A stretch of DNA of 64,000 nucleotides from Coniocarpon cinnabarinum (Eukaryota), in assembly GCA_051942205.1 (NCBI GenBank), contig JAVECO010000100.1:1-64000 (forward strand), in the 5' to 3' direction. A program made the position numbers and the translations under genes. How positions within the stretch are numbered: the first letter of the stretch is position 1; the number at the start of each line of letters is the position of its first letter. A model generated the notes under the pieces. The model did no database searches, had not been told where the DNA came from, and saw only the letters and a list, made by a program, of their open reading frames with translations. Shown here one piece after another: positions 24,980 to 36,895 of this stretch.

Positions 24980-25409
24980 GATGACGGCGCCGAAGGTATA
25001 CCGTTTTGCGCTCAGACGGGCGGCGATCCGGTGGGGACGCTGCAGGTGCTGATCAAGACCACGAAGTTGAGTCGCGCGCCAGATAGATCACGTGTCGCTG
25101 AGAAGTTGTTGAACACCGGCTTTGAGTTGCACTTTGATCGCCCAGCATTGGAATCGAGCTTGAGTCTGGACGCAGGAAAATTATCCTGAACGGAGTAGCA
25201 GCTTAGAAATGGCAAGCAGGTAGAAGAATCCGCTAGGCCAGCTCGCATGCCAAGCCTCGTTCTCGCATTTGCCTCCGCGGTCTCAAAGCTGGTTAGCGTC
25301 TCCAATGGAAGTTGAATTAAATTCTCTCGAGCGTATCCTGCCTCCCTAAGTGCAATTTGGCGGCAGCGCAGGATTCAGAGCTTTTGTGAGCTCGTCGTCT
25401 TCCATTGCA

Positions 25410-26618
25410 ATGGTATGGATGCTGATTGCAGCGCGTTCTAGACCCACTCAAGGCCTTCACCGCTAGCTAACACACTCCGTATAGGCTCCTCACGCTTTAG
25501 AACCCGAGGATCGCCAGCGCGATGCCGACTTTAATAAAGCCTACCACGGCACCACTGCGCAGAAAGGAAGCGGCTGGCGATCTATGTTCGGCAAATCAGG
25601 TGAAGCATACCAGCTCGCGTCAGATGATTACTGGAGGCACTGGGATGAGAAGGCCGCCGCCGATGAGACACCAGAGGTTCGAGCAGCGCGAAGAGAGCAG
25701 TATGCGTCTTTGACGCGACAGTACTACAACTTAGCGACCGATCTGTACGAGAATGGCTGGGGGCAGTCATTCCACTTCTGTCGCTTTGCATACGGCGAGC
25801 CTTTCCTGCAAGCAATTGCGCGACACGAACACTATCTTGCACATCAGATCGGTATTCGGGAAGACATGAGAGTGCTTGACGTTGGCTGCGGCGTGGGCGG
25901 ACCAGCTCGAGAGATTGCGAAATTCACTGGTGCTAAAATTGTCGGACTGAACAACAACGACTACCAAGTCGACCGCGCGACTCAGTATGCGGCGAAAGAG
26001 GGCCTGTCACATCTGCTTAGCTTCGTCAAAGGAGACTTCATGCAAATGGAGTTTCCTGACAACAGCTTCGATGCGGTGTACGCAATCGAGGCCACGGTCC
26101 ATGCGCCCAGCCTCGAAGACATCTATCGCGAAATATACAGAGTCCTGAAGCCAGGGGGTGTCTTTGGAGTGTACGAGTGGTTGATGAAGGATCAATATGA
26201 CAATGATAACCCTCAACATCGGGCAATCAGGTTAGGCATTGAGCAAGGAGACGGGATATCAAACATGGAGAAAATTGCGGTGGCTTTGGAGGCCATGCAG
26301 GCGGCGGGCTTTGTGCTGGAGCTGCATGAGGACCTGTCAGACAGGCCAGACAGGAGGCCGTGGTATTGGCCGCTGGCAGGTGATTTCCAGTACATGGACA
26401 GCGTGTGGGACTTTCCCGCGGTGCTCAGAATGACCAAGATTGGACGAAGCAGTGTGCATCGAGTCCTGGGTGTCTGCGAGCGGTTTGGCTTGATCCCGCG
26501 AGGCACACAAAAGGCTGCTGACAGTTTAGCACTGGCAGCGGACAGCCTCGTTGCTGGAGGAGAACAGAAGCTGTTCACACCCATGTACCTTATGGTCGCG
26601 AGGAAGCCGGCAGTGTAA
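25410..26618 (+). CDS. ERG6: Sterol C24-methyltransferase
   Basis: The ATG alone (25410-12) precedes intron 25413-25484 (GTATGG..GCTAAC..TAG), giving MAPHALEPEDRQRDADFNKAYHG. Contains YENGWGQSFHF, VLDVGCGVGGP, YAIEATVHAP and KLFTPMYL. Confidence 0.96.
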
Positions 26619-27502
26619 GGCGTTTGCAAGGAGGGTGGTGCCTTTTTTCGATGGTCCAAGCCATTGTTTAGCTTGGGCCTGTGTGTTATTTCTGAAAAGT
26701 CTCACTGCATCATGGAAAACTCTGCCTGGATATCTGATTGGACAGATGGGAAAATAGATGGCGGACAAATGGGTGTTTGCTGGTGTGCGTAATGGCTAAG
26801 GCTACCTATGTACAGCAGAAAGTAATCGCGAGTGAGACGGGTTACTCGGTAACATGCACGTGATCGAATCAAGGTTCCGCAAGGGATTTGGCCTCTCTGC
26901 TGGCGAACACTCCACTCAATCCCATGCCTTCTCGTGTTCCTGCCGCCTTCCCTTGAATCCTGCCGCTGGACGCGCTTATGGTCATGCGGATATGCGGCCG
27001 ATACTCACTGCGGTCAGATCAGTGCGGCACAGTCGATCTTCATTTCAACTTCGCCGTGGCCGACTGGAAGATCACAGCGAGCTTCGCACTGCTTGCAAGA
27101 TGATAAGGAGACTGAAACTCGTGTTGGTGCTGCAGGGTTGCCCACCGTCTGTTTTAGACATCAAAGCGCACATATGGTAATGAGCAATGAGCAGCAGGGC
27201 CCCATATGACCATGTGTTGGTCTCTACTCAGCTCAATGCTGACGCCAAGCGCTTGCCCACTTCGTGAAATCATGATTGGTTTAGTATGCTGAAACACGGA
27301 GGCGAGCGCTAGCGAGGCTCAGCATGTGGCCAAGCAGGCAACGTGGAATTGGGCGCGAGTCTTCTGGTAACATGATTTCTCAAACTCACAAGAGGTAAGC
27401 ACAGCGCTGAAATGCCGTTTCGTCGCATACAGCGGCCAGATATCTTACGCTGGGGTGCTCTCTCTCGTTTCCTTCAAGCTGCAAAGGTTTCAGTCGTTCG
27501 TT

Positions 27503-28666
27503 ATGCATCTTCTATACGGTCGCTTCCTCTCTCTTGCTCTCCTGTCATTCTCTTCTGTTGCCCTATCCCAAACGCAAGAAAATGTCACCAATGCCGAGAA
27601 AGCATCTGACCAGTTGAATACTTGGTATGACTCTGACCAAGGTCTCTGGACCGACAACGGAAAAACGTACTGGTGGGACAGCGCAAATTGCTTGACTGCG
27701 CAAATTCATCTTGCCCTTGTCGATGGAAATGTCGTTGATGCAGTGACACAACAACTTGAGACGACCTACCAGAATGCGCCCAACTATCCTGCAAAGAGGC
27801 TGAGAAGGCGATCGTCGACGATCGAGCGACGCAGTGATTACGAAATTCGCATCTTGGAACCACGCGCTGGCAACGGTTTTCTCAACAATTACTACGATGA
27901 CGAGGGCTGGTGGGCATTGACCTGGATCGACGCCTACGACCTTACTCAGGATGTTAAGTACCTCGACTTGGCGATCGACATTTTTTTGGACATGACCAAG
28001 GGTTGGCCAAGCCAATGCAACGATGGTGGCATCGTGTGGCGGAAGGATCAAGATAAGGTCAACGCCATTGAAAATGAGCTTTTTGTAGCGGTGGCGGCAG
28101 CTTTGGCCATTAGGGATACGAACAGCACTCAGGCATGGACGAACTGGGCCCAGGGCGGTTGGGAATGGTTTCAAAAGACGGGACTCATCAATGATCAGAG
28201 CCTCATCAATGATGGCCTAGATGATTGCAAGAACACCGGCAAAGATCCCGCGCTGAGCTACAACCAGGGCGTCATCCTCGGTGGTCTGACAGATTTGGCT
28301 ACCGTTACCAACGACAAGTCGTACATTGATGAGGCGAACAAGCTCGCCGCAGCCTCAATGGGTTATCTGACCTCCAAAAGCAACGGCAAAATTGTCGGCG
28401 AGACCTGCTGCAATGCTGACACTGACGACATGCTCGAACAATTCAAGGGCATCTATGTTCGCAATCTGGTCAAGCTCTATCAGAAGTCACCCAGTGATCA
28501 GATGCGACAGGTACTCGTCGAAAGCGCTAACGGTGCTTGGAACAACAATGGAGCTTCAGGCCAGCTGCATAATAACTGGGTGACTGGTGCCGGCGGCTTC
28601 AATGCTGTGACGCAGTCTTCTGGTTTGGATGCCTTAGTCGCGCTGCTAATGGTGAATAAACAATGA
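27503..28666 (+). CDS. Secreted glycoside hydrolase family 76 (alpha-1,6-mannanase-like)
   Basis: Signal peptide MHLLYGRFLSLALLSFSSVALSQ, catalytic YYDDEGWW, GGIVW, NAIENELF, SYNQGVILGGL and FKGIYVRNL. No GPI tail. Confidence 0.92.
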   Translation: MHLLYGRFLSLALLSFSSVALSQTQENVTNAEKASDQLNTWYDSDQGLWTDNGKTYWWDSANCLTAQIHLALVDGNVVDAVTQQLETTYQNAPNYPAKRLRRRSSTIERRSDYEIRILEPRAGNGFLNNYYDDEGWWALTWIDAYDLTQDVKYLDLAIDIFLDMTKGWPSQCNDGGIVWRKDQDKVNAIENELFVAVAAALAIRDTNSTQAWTNWAQGGWEWFQKTGLINDQSLINDGLDDCKNTGKDPALSYNQGVILGGLTDLATVTNDKSYIDEANKLAAASMGYLTSKSNGKIVGETCCNADTDDMLEQFKGIYVRNLVKLYQKSPSDQMRQVLVESANGAWNNNGASGQLHNNWVTGAGGFNAVTQSSGLDALVALLMVNKQ

Positions 28667-29113
28667 TCGAGGCTCTGTTTAGGCCATTCAATGTACATTT
28701 ATGCATTTAATTGAAGAGATCGCTCAGTATATCTTCGTACGAAAGGCCAACTTGCTTTGGACAAGCCAATATGCAACGGTGGTCCACTTGACCACATTGC
28801 GGACCAAAGGACAGTTTGGAATAGACGCTCCCCTAGTTTTTCAGGCCGAAACATCCAATGCTCTGCTGCACACGCAAATGTCCGCAAATGTAAAGGTTGA
28901 AACTTTGCAACGATACAATCTGCGGTCGCGCTGAGAAGAATCCGATAACTCAGCAGACACCCGAGCTCTTGTGCGTATAGGTTGGTGCCTCTCGTACCGG
29001 TTGTTAGAACGGTCCATCCACATCTCGACAACCCCATGTTCACTTCCCTTCGACCTTCGTGACTTTTCTGTTTCGCTTTCGAGGAAACTGCGGCGGTCTC
29101 CCCAGCAGCAATC

Positions 29114-30360
29114 ATGGACCTGACGCCGCAGCAAAAACTCGAGCTCATCACCTCAAATCTTGAGGAGGTCTTCCACAGGAAACTGATCGAGGATGTGGTT
29201 CTGACCGAACAACGACCCCTCAAGATTTACTGGGGAACCGCCATAACCGGACGCCCGCATTGCGCCTACTTCGTGCCCATGCTGAAAATCGCGTATGCAC
29301 AATGTCGCGAACCCTATGGAGCATGCAGCGCTGACTTGAGCCCAACAGACAATTTCTGCGCGCCGGCGCAAACGTCAAAATCCTTCTCGCAGATCTCCAT
29401 GGCTTTTTAGACGCGGACAAAACTTCAGAAGAGCTGCTCGAGTCGCGAACGGAGTACTATCGCTTCGTAGTCGAGAACATGCTCAAAGCTATAGGTGTGA
29501 GCTTGGATAAGCTCGAATTCGTCAAGGGCCGGACATACCAACTCACGCCGAATTACTGCTTCGATCTCTTACGCCTCACGACCATGACGTCCGAGCACGA
29601 CGCCAAGAAAGCCGGGTCAGAAGTGGTGAAGCAAATGGACTCGAGTCCGCTTAGCGGGTCGATCTATCCCCTTATGCAGGCGCTGGACGAGGAATACCTG
29701 GGCGTGGACGCGCAGTTCGGTGGCCTGGACCAGCGCAAGATCTTCACATTCGCAAAGGACAGCCTACCCAAGTTAAAATACAAGGAACGCGCTCACCTCA
29801 TGAATCCCATGGTGCCCGGTCTGACCGGCGGGAAAATGAGCAGCAGTGAGCCAGAAAGTAAAATCGACGTGCTAGATACCCCCGAGGTGGTGACGAAGAA
29901 GATCAAGAAGGCGTTCGCGGAGCCCAAGAAGGTTGAAAATAACGGCCTGCTCGCCTTTGCCGAGTACGTGTTGTTTCCCGCGAGTGAGCTCAGGGAAGGT
30001 AAACCGCGATTGGTTGTCGAGCGCATCAGGGAGGAGAAGGAGCCCTTGGTTTATGGCTCGGTGGAGGAGATGCGGAGAGATTACCAGGATGATGTACTGA
30101 CGCCGCAGCTCCTGAAGACGTGTGTGACGAGGTCGCTGAATGATCTTCTGTCGCCAATTCAGATGGTGTACAATCAGAGTCTCGAGGCGCAGGAAATGAC
30201 GAGAAAAGCTTACCCAGAGGCTGGGAAGGAGAAGCCGGCTAAGGATAAGAAAAAGGACAAGGGTGCCAAGAAGAAGGGCGCGGGCAGGCAGGAGGGTGAA
30301 CAGCATGCTAATGGTGCATCTACACCGACGACAAATGGTGAACCTTTGCCTGTTAGGTGA
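29114..30360 (+). CDS. TYS1: Cytoplasmic tyrosyl-tRNA synthetase
   Basis: IYWGTAITGRPHCAYF (HIGH-like), intron 29293-29348, IYPLMQALDEEYL, QFGGLDQRKIF and KMSSS. Confidence 0.96.
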
Positions 30361-32320
30361 CACGGGATGTGAGCCATGTAAAGGAGGTAAAAAGCATACG
30401 CGCAGTATCTTGCAGGAGCTCCTCTATCATCGAAAAGTCTACGAGAAATGTGCATACGAGTTAGAACAATGTGTTGATGAAGGACGTGGGACCAGATCAG
30501 GCTGCACACACTGTTTGGGGGACCTCAAAATGCCACTCTGGTGAGCAGCTGGCTGAAATAGGAACAATACCATTGAACATGTTTTGAAGGGTCAAAGAGA
30601 GCAAGATCCTGTTCGCCTGGGTCTCTTGGTCGCCTTCCCTTTAGGCATCACTATCGTCGCTTCAAGCCTCTGATGCGCCAGCGCATTCGTCCTTTTTGAC
30701 GCTGTGTGCCGCGAGTCTCTCATGAGTGTGAGGCTAGGTATCATGCGCTCTTACACAGGCTCCGCCGCCTAGCCATTAAGCTGTTTCTAGTCTAGATGTC
30801 AATGCCAACTGGCCCTGGATCTTACGCTCGTACCCTGAACATTTTCCATTGCTTCTTCATTTCTGTATCTCTCCTTCTGGTAAACGCGAAACTTGATAGT
30901 TCAGGCTGAGACACAACAATTCAAAGCTCGATGCAAGAGGTTCGAGGCTGACGAAATAGAATAGCTTTGTTTGATCCCAAGCCTACTCATTAACGCTTTC
31001 CCTGCTTCTAGTGGCTTTGACCACGTCTGCACGAACATTCATAAAATGGTTCGTGGGTGTAGACCGAGATGACTTGTCCAACACGATATTTCGGATGTTA
31101 TCTACATTAAAAACAATGGATCTCTTTCTCAACAAAATGCTCACCCATTTAGCTCGGGTGTGCTCTTCTGTCTCATCAAGAAGCGCGTCCACTTCCTGAA
31201 CTTGTGTTGCCATCGAGCTTTACGACATGTTCGGGAAACGGCGATACTTTGGCTCACAACTCTAAGTTTCGTGTCTCAGGATCAAGGGGATACAACGTGC
31301 GGAGATGCGAGAAAAGAGCTAAAGAATGCAGGTCTTGCAGAAGAACGACTCGTCTATATGAGAATTGCTGATGAAATCACAGAAATCTTCTAATTATATA
31401 AGCCTTGCCCAAGACTCATCTCTGCGATCATGTTCTGTGAACGGCCACAGAAATAGGCAAGAGCTCAGGAATCCCGACGACGCCAACGGGATGGAGAGTC
31501 TCGATATCTCTATAATGTGTGTAATTTATAACATAGCGTCGCCTGGAGCTATATTGACAGCTATATCCTTGACCGCAATGCATAAACATTGTTATTGTAT
31601 TGCACCACGGTAAGGCAACGTGTAGAAACGATAAAACCAAGAGCGCGTTTGCTGTATTTGACTACACTTTTGCTACAGTCGAGCTTGCGACTGCGCACGA
31701 GACGGAGTCAAGGTACAGTGATGATGGATTTCCTGCCGAAGTGGCACATGAGCGAAAGGTGTACGTTGCTGTTGCAAGGCGCCGCTCCAATACAGCCAGT
31801 ATCCATTCCGAATTGTACCGAAAAGAGCATCCAATATTATTAAAATCGCTCTACTAGTAGTACACCAGAATGTAAATGGCTGCCAAAAAGCCGTTTGTGC
31901 ACAAAGCGGCTGCAACAATAGCAAATGAGTAGGATGCACAATATGCGACCTTAGACTTGTACTGAATTGTGTTGCCAGTGCTGTATCGAGGGCTATTTGA
32001 GCGTATAACTGTCTGGGAGCCTTAGAGCATGGTTTCACCCTACAGAGCCATCTAAGCACCTGTTGTAGCAGTTCACATATTTTGACGTAGCAGAAGAGGC
32101 TCTTCGTGGCTGAGGCCGCACAGAAACTTCGCAGAATGTCAGGTTTCGACCCTGCATCTCGTGCGGATGAGGCTAGGTCAAGGCATCTCCGTCGCATGGC
32201 TGCAGGAGAACTCTCCTAGGGCATGGACTTGACGTTCAGGAGCCCGACTTCCTTTGACCTTGGGCCGACCTTCATTACTATTGCTGCACCTGAGTATCCA
32301 ATCAAACTCTCACCGATACT

Positions 32321-33874
32321 TCAACCAACGACGGCAGCGCCTTTGCTCGTGACACTTGCAATGCTCGCCTTCTTCACCGGATGCAGTATAGGAGTGTCCG
32401 CCACATCATTTCTCACCGTTGCGTCAAGAAGAGCTCCACTGTAGCATTGCCATCTCTGTTTCGTCTTCTCGCCGCCTATTCCTCTCTCCACTTGACTCCT
32501 TCGTGCAAGCCTCTGCCGTACCAGCTTCTCAGCGACCTGTGTCAGCATGATCTTTGGCGGTGCATACGTGTCGTACTTGTGATCGATTTCCCTCGTGAGA
32601 TACCCAAACACCGCATCCTCCATCTTACTCAGCGTCTCACCACCCGACATGTCTGATGTGATGCCTGTGCTCGGATCCGTCCATGCACCCTTGCGCCACT
32701 CATCTAGTGGCATTGCCTCGAGGCCTGTGGAGACGTTGAGACGCTTGTACCACGTGTGCTCACCGCGGGCCGTCCTGAGCATAGCTTGATGCTTTTCTTC
32801 GCCATCGGTGTACTTGACAAGCAGATTCTTAATCACGGCAAACTTCTCCGCCGCCTTGCGCATCATAAACACCTTACCGAAGGGACCCGGCCACGTTGTT
32901 GCAAAGCCATCCTGGCTTTCATTGGGTCGACCAGTGCCGATGCTCAACAGGCAGGCTGGATCTTTGCCCTCGCCATACAGGGACACAAATTCACACCATG
33001 CGGCACCACTGGGGTTGTTCTCGCGAATGCCGCCATCCTTGAAGGCTCGTTTCTCATCGCCAAGGTCTGCTTCAAGAATGTCGAAATAGAAAGGTGCTGC
33101 CGATGTTGCGCGCGTCACTTGCCATATGCGTAGACTGTCTGCGCCCTCGTTATATGGTGTGATCCAATTAGGTATATCCACGTAGCGGTGATCATAAGTG
33201 CGGAGCAGGTGTGCCTCATCAATGCGACTGTTATGCACAGCCGTCAGGCAAATCGATTGACAAATGTGGCCAGGAGTGTCGAATTGCGATGCCAAATCCT
33301 TGTCTTCGACTGCGTCACGCCAGGGATGCCAATCATTGCCATCGCACTGTCCAACTGAGGTGTGGACTTTGCAGTGGGCTTTGACAATGTCACGAACAGC
33401 GTGCTTGAGTGGTTTATCGTGATACTTTGTCGAGAAGGGAATGTTCGAGCGCTGCTTGCCGAAAAGCGTCTGACCAACCTCACGATAGATTTCAAGGCAT
33501 TGAGGAACCGACATGCGCAAGCGTCCTAACATTGTCGCGATCAGCCCGCCAGTTGAGGTGCCGTACATGAAGTCGAAGTAGTGACAAGGAAGCAGATCCT
33601 TCTCATCTGGGAGGGTGAGACCTGGTTGCAAACGTCGCTCCCATATTGCAATCTCGTGCATCAGCGCCCGTATCATCAGCAATGACGAATAACCGCGGAT
33701 GCCTCCTCCGTCCAGAGTGAGGATCGCAGGATCCCACGGATCGTTCGCAGCTGTGGTTGCCCAGGCCTCTCCATTGCGAACGAGATCGTCAGAAGGCGCG
33801 ATTGCGGACCCATCAAGAGAGGGTGAGTTTACGGTTGGTGAGCCACGTGAGCCATGGCTGTTGCGTCCGAGCAT
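32321..33874 (-). CDS. Patatin-like phospholipase (iPLA2-type)
   Basis: LTLDGGGIRG glycine loop, GTSTG nucleophile elbow, ATSAAPFYF and DGG catalytic Asp motif. First ATG at 33874. Confidence 0.92.
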   Translation of the reverse strand: MLGRNSHGSRGSPTVNSPSLDGSAIAPSDDLVRNGEAWATTAANDPWDPAILTLDGGGIRGYSSLLMIRALMHEIAIWERRLQPGLTLPDEKDLLPCHYFDFMYGTSTGGLIATMLGRLRMSVPQCLEIYREVGQTLFGKQRSNIPFSTKYHDKPLKHAVRDIVKAHCKVHTSVGQCDGNDWHPWRDAVEDKDLASQFDTPGHICQSICLTAVHNSRIDEAHLLRTYDHRYVDIPNWITPYNEGADSLRIWQVTRATSAAPFYFDILEADLGDEKRAFKDGGIRENNPSGAAWCEFVSLYGEGKDPACLLSIGTGRPNESQDGFATTWPGPFGKVFMMRKAAEKFAVIKNLLVKYTDGEEKHQAMLRTARGEHTWYKRLNVSTGLEAMPLDEWRKGAWTDPSTGITSDMSGGETLSKMEDAVFGYLTREIDHKYDTYAPPKIMLTQVAEKLVRQRLARRSQVERGIGGEKTKQRWQCYSGALLDATVRNDVADTPILHPVKKASIASVTSKGAAVVG

Positions 33875-35893
33875 CGTGCAGCTCCCAAGTGAACGAATAC
33901 AGAGAGGCCTCCCGGCCAATCCAGTAGGCTAGCTGCACAAGCGGCGATGACTGCTTCTGTGTGTAAGATACCCGCTTTCCTTGGTCATACACATTTCGAG
34001 ACCTTGGTCCTAGGCCACGCGAGTCATGAGTTGGTTGTTTTCGAGACCAGGCCGAATGTTTTCTGTGGCTGTACTTGAAGGGAGGCGCCAGCAAGTGTGC
34101 TTGGCAGCCCCCGTGGAAGTTCTGTAATGGTGAGAATGTGTACCAGTGCCTAGTGTTGTTTCGAGATATAAGTGCGCGTGATCGCCGGGTTGAGCAACGT
34201 CAATGCAGAGGCTTTGGTATGGACGGGAAGACCCTTGCCAAGAGCGGGAGTAGCGAGGCGAATATTACAACAGAGTATTAATAGGCGGAGAAAAGAGCGA
34301 CCCAGAGAAAGAAAGAAGCGATTAAAAGGAGGGGCGAGAAGTCACGAAGATGGAGGTGAAACAGAAGGAGTCTCACGAGATGGAGGGAGAAAGGGAAGGG
34401 AGATCAGCGACTGCGATCAGAAGCGACGAGATGTGGCGTCTCCCCATTGGGTGGCGGTGCACGCTAGGCCCGAGCGGGAACATCCTTGTCTTGGCACCCT
34501 GCCCTTGGACGCCACATGCGACGTCTTTGTCTCCTTCTTGCCATCTCTCTGCCTCTTCAAGCGTGCAGCGTGCTGCGCGGCGCTGCTCTGGACACTTGCG
34601 CGGGCGTCGTCACGGCTCTCTCGACGTCACTGTAGGCTCCTAGCTGCGCGACTGGCGCGATGGGGCCGGGGTCAATGCCTGTGATCTTGGTTCGTGACCC
34701 CAGCCTGCCATCGCGTGGCCAGGCGAGGCCGTCGATCTTCGCTCCCCCGTGTCCCGATATATGAGCCATTCGGTCGCATAGCTGTCGACAGCGCCCGCAA
34801 CAGTCGACGCCGCGTCTTCACCCTGAGTGCAGGAAGTGAGGGCGATCAGGTAAGAGCCCATGGAGCTCTCTAGTGCGTCACGCCAGTAGTCGCGTGTGGG
34901 CAATTGTGGGCGCTCGACAGCGGCGTGCGAGGCAGACTGTTGCCAACAATAGTCTCTAGGTGTTGAGGTCATACCCAAGGCATGGAATAGGTCAACTATC
35001 AGAACGGCAATGTAAAGGTCACGGAGGAAAGTCGTCGCCGAAACTTAGTCTAGGCAATGAGCCTCCACGACGGACCGATTTCTGGTCACAAAGCTATGAG
35101 TATGATCGTGTACGCCCGTTCACGACCCTTGCTGTTTATGTCTTAGACGAGCTGCAAATACCAGCGCGTCGAAGCACTCGGCCGATTATTGCATACCCAC
35201 TCAACATCAGTCTCCCCTTGTTATATCTTTCTAATGTCTGATCACTGACCTGTGGATTCTAAAAACGCTCGGACGTAGCAGGTGTGCTGGGTATGGACAA
35301 AACGGACTGACACGGCTGACCTTTGGCCATGTAATACGGGAGAGCGGCGCATTGCCCGTCGGTGCTGACGCGACAAGTATGATAGCATTCAGAAGGTTGG
35401 GGTCTGACACGTTTTGAGTATCGATCCGATGGACCATGGTACACAACTCGGTTCGAACTCATCGTAAGGGGTACGGTATACTCAGACACGCTTGGAAACT
35501 ATGTGTTGTGCAATAAAGGACATATTGGCACTCGGCCGCAGCAGAGGTCAGATGTATCGCCTTTGGCAGCGCACAAGCAGCGCCGTGTTGCAGCAGAACG
35601 ACGGGTTCACCATGGGTTGGACATTGTTGGGCATAATCTCGAAGACTTGGCTAGTACTGGCGGATACCAAAGGCTGGCAATATATCGCTGCTATTTGAAA
35701 ACGTCGACATGAGTCGAGAAGAGCGTGCAAATTCAGTTCCCCATGCGCTACACCTCTACGATTGGTTTCCCCTTACACTATCCTGGCTCGAAGGTACCGA
35801 GTTCGATACATCCGTAACACGTTCCCACACACTTCGTTGTTCCGCTACAATTGCTACTACTCTTGGCACCCTCGGATTGAAATGGATCCGAGT

Positions 35894-36895
35894 TTATTTG
35901 CGGAGAAGATATGCGCTCTGCTCTAACAAACGAGCCATCTCCTGTGCCTTTTCTGCGTACTTGAGCAGTCCAAGCGTGTCCACCATTTTCTGCACGGTGC
36001 TCTCCTCTTCTACCGTGTGGAGCACTTCGAGCAGTACATTCAAGCTCTCCATAACGCTCAGACCTGAAACGTTGGCCAAGGCGCAGTTTGAGTCTTGCTC
36101 TGACATAACCAGCACTGTAGCCGACGCCGATGTCAGCGTGATAATATCCTGCGAGAAATCTCCCATGAGATTGGTTGCTGATTTTACAAGGCGCTGAGAT
36201 TGATTGGAATGGCTGAGCGCACTGCGCAGGTGGGCGAACGCGACGGAGCCGGTGTGGACGACTTCAGACACTCCTGTTTCCTTCGAAGGGGCCGGTTGCG
36301 CCGTTGTGGGTGGGTATGCGGAAATTCGTTGGGCTTCGAGTTCGAGTTCGCGCTTCAGGCTTTCAAGCGACGGGGGCGAGGATCCCAACTTGTGTGGCGC
36401 CTCCAAACATTTCTTCAAAGCTGCCTTGGTCGCGAAGATGTCCACCTCCTTGTTAAGACGCTGGAACCTCATGGCTATTGTGTCGATGAGCGCATATGTG
36501 ACTGTTTCAGAGTCGGCAGCAGTGATTTTGACTTCGACGTTCAGGCCATTTTTGAGTTTCATCATGTGTGATCCATGCTGTGGATACACATATTCATGCA
36601 GAAAGATGCGGAAGAAGCGCTCGACAAGGTGTAGAGCGGTCGTTCGTGGCGAGTGTATTTTGCCGCGGCAGACTAGACACATGCGTGTCTTGACGCGAAT
36701 CTTGGTGGTTGGCATGAAGGACACGAACCAGGAAAGGGGTGCGGTCTGATCACAATTCTCGCAGCGTGCTTTGTCCCAGTCCACCGGAGGAGACAAGGTC
36801 GTGTCGGAGCATGATGGTGCATATTGGGGTTCAGGTTCTTCTTCGCCCGCAAGATCAAGGAGTTCCTGTGACAAACTCTCATCGAAGTCAGCCAT
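35894..36895 (-). CDS. Hypothetical 333-aa protein with a CxxC..CxxC motif and helical C-terminus
   Basis: Long ATG-initiated ORF with protein-like composition; CENC-x24-CLVC. No family recognised. Confidence 0.65.
   Translation of the reverse strand: MADFDESLSQELLDLAGEEEPEPQYAPSCSDTTLSPPVDWDKARCENCDQTAPLSWFVSFMPTTKIRVKTRMCLVCRGKIHSPRTTALHLVERFFRIFLHEYVYPQHGSHMMKLKNGLNVEVKITAADSETVTYALIDTIAMRFQRLNKEVDIFATKAALKKCLEAPHKLGSSPPSLESLKRELELEAQRISAYPPTTAQPAPSKETGVSEVVHTGSVAFAHLRSALSHSNQSQRLVKSATNLMGDFSQDIITLTSASATVLVMSEQDSNCALANVSGLSVMESLNVLLEVLHTVEEESTVQKMVDTLGLLKYAEKAQEMARLLEQSAYLLRK

Noticed and set aside
30540..32200. Exon-like fragments (e.g. MATQVQEVDALLDETEEH at 31213, minus strand)
   Set aside because: I could not build a frame-consistent spliced model. 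An orphan gene here is possible but unsupported.
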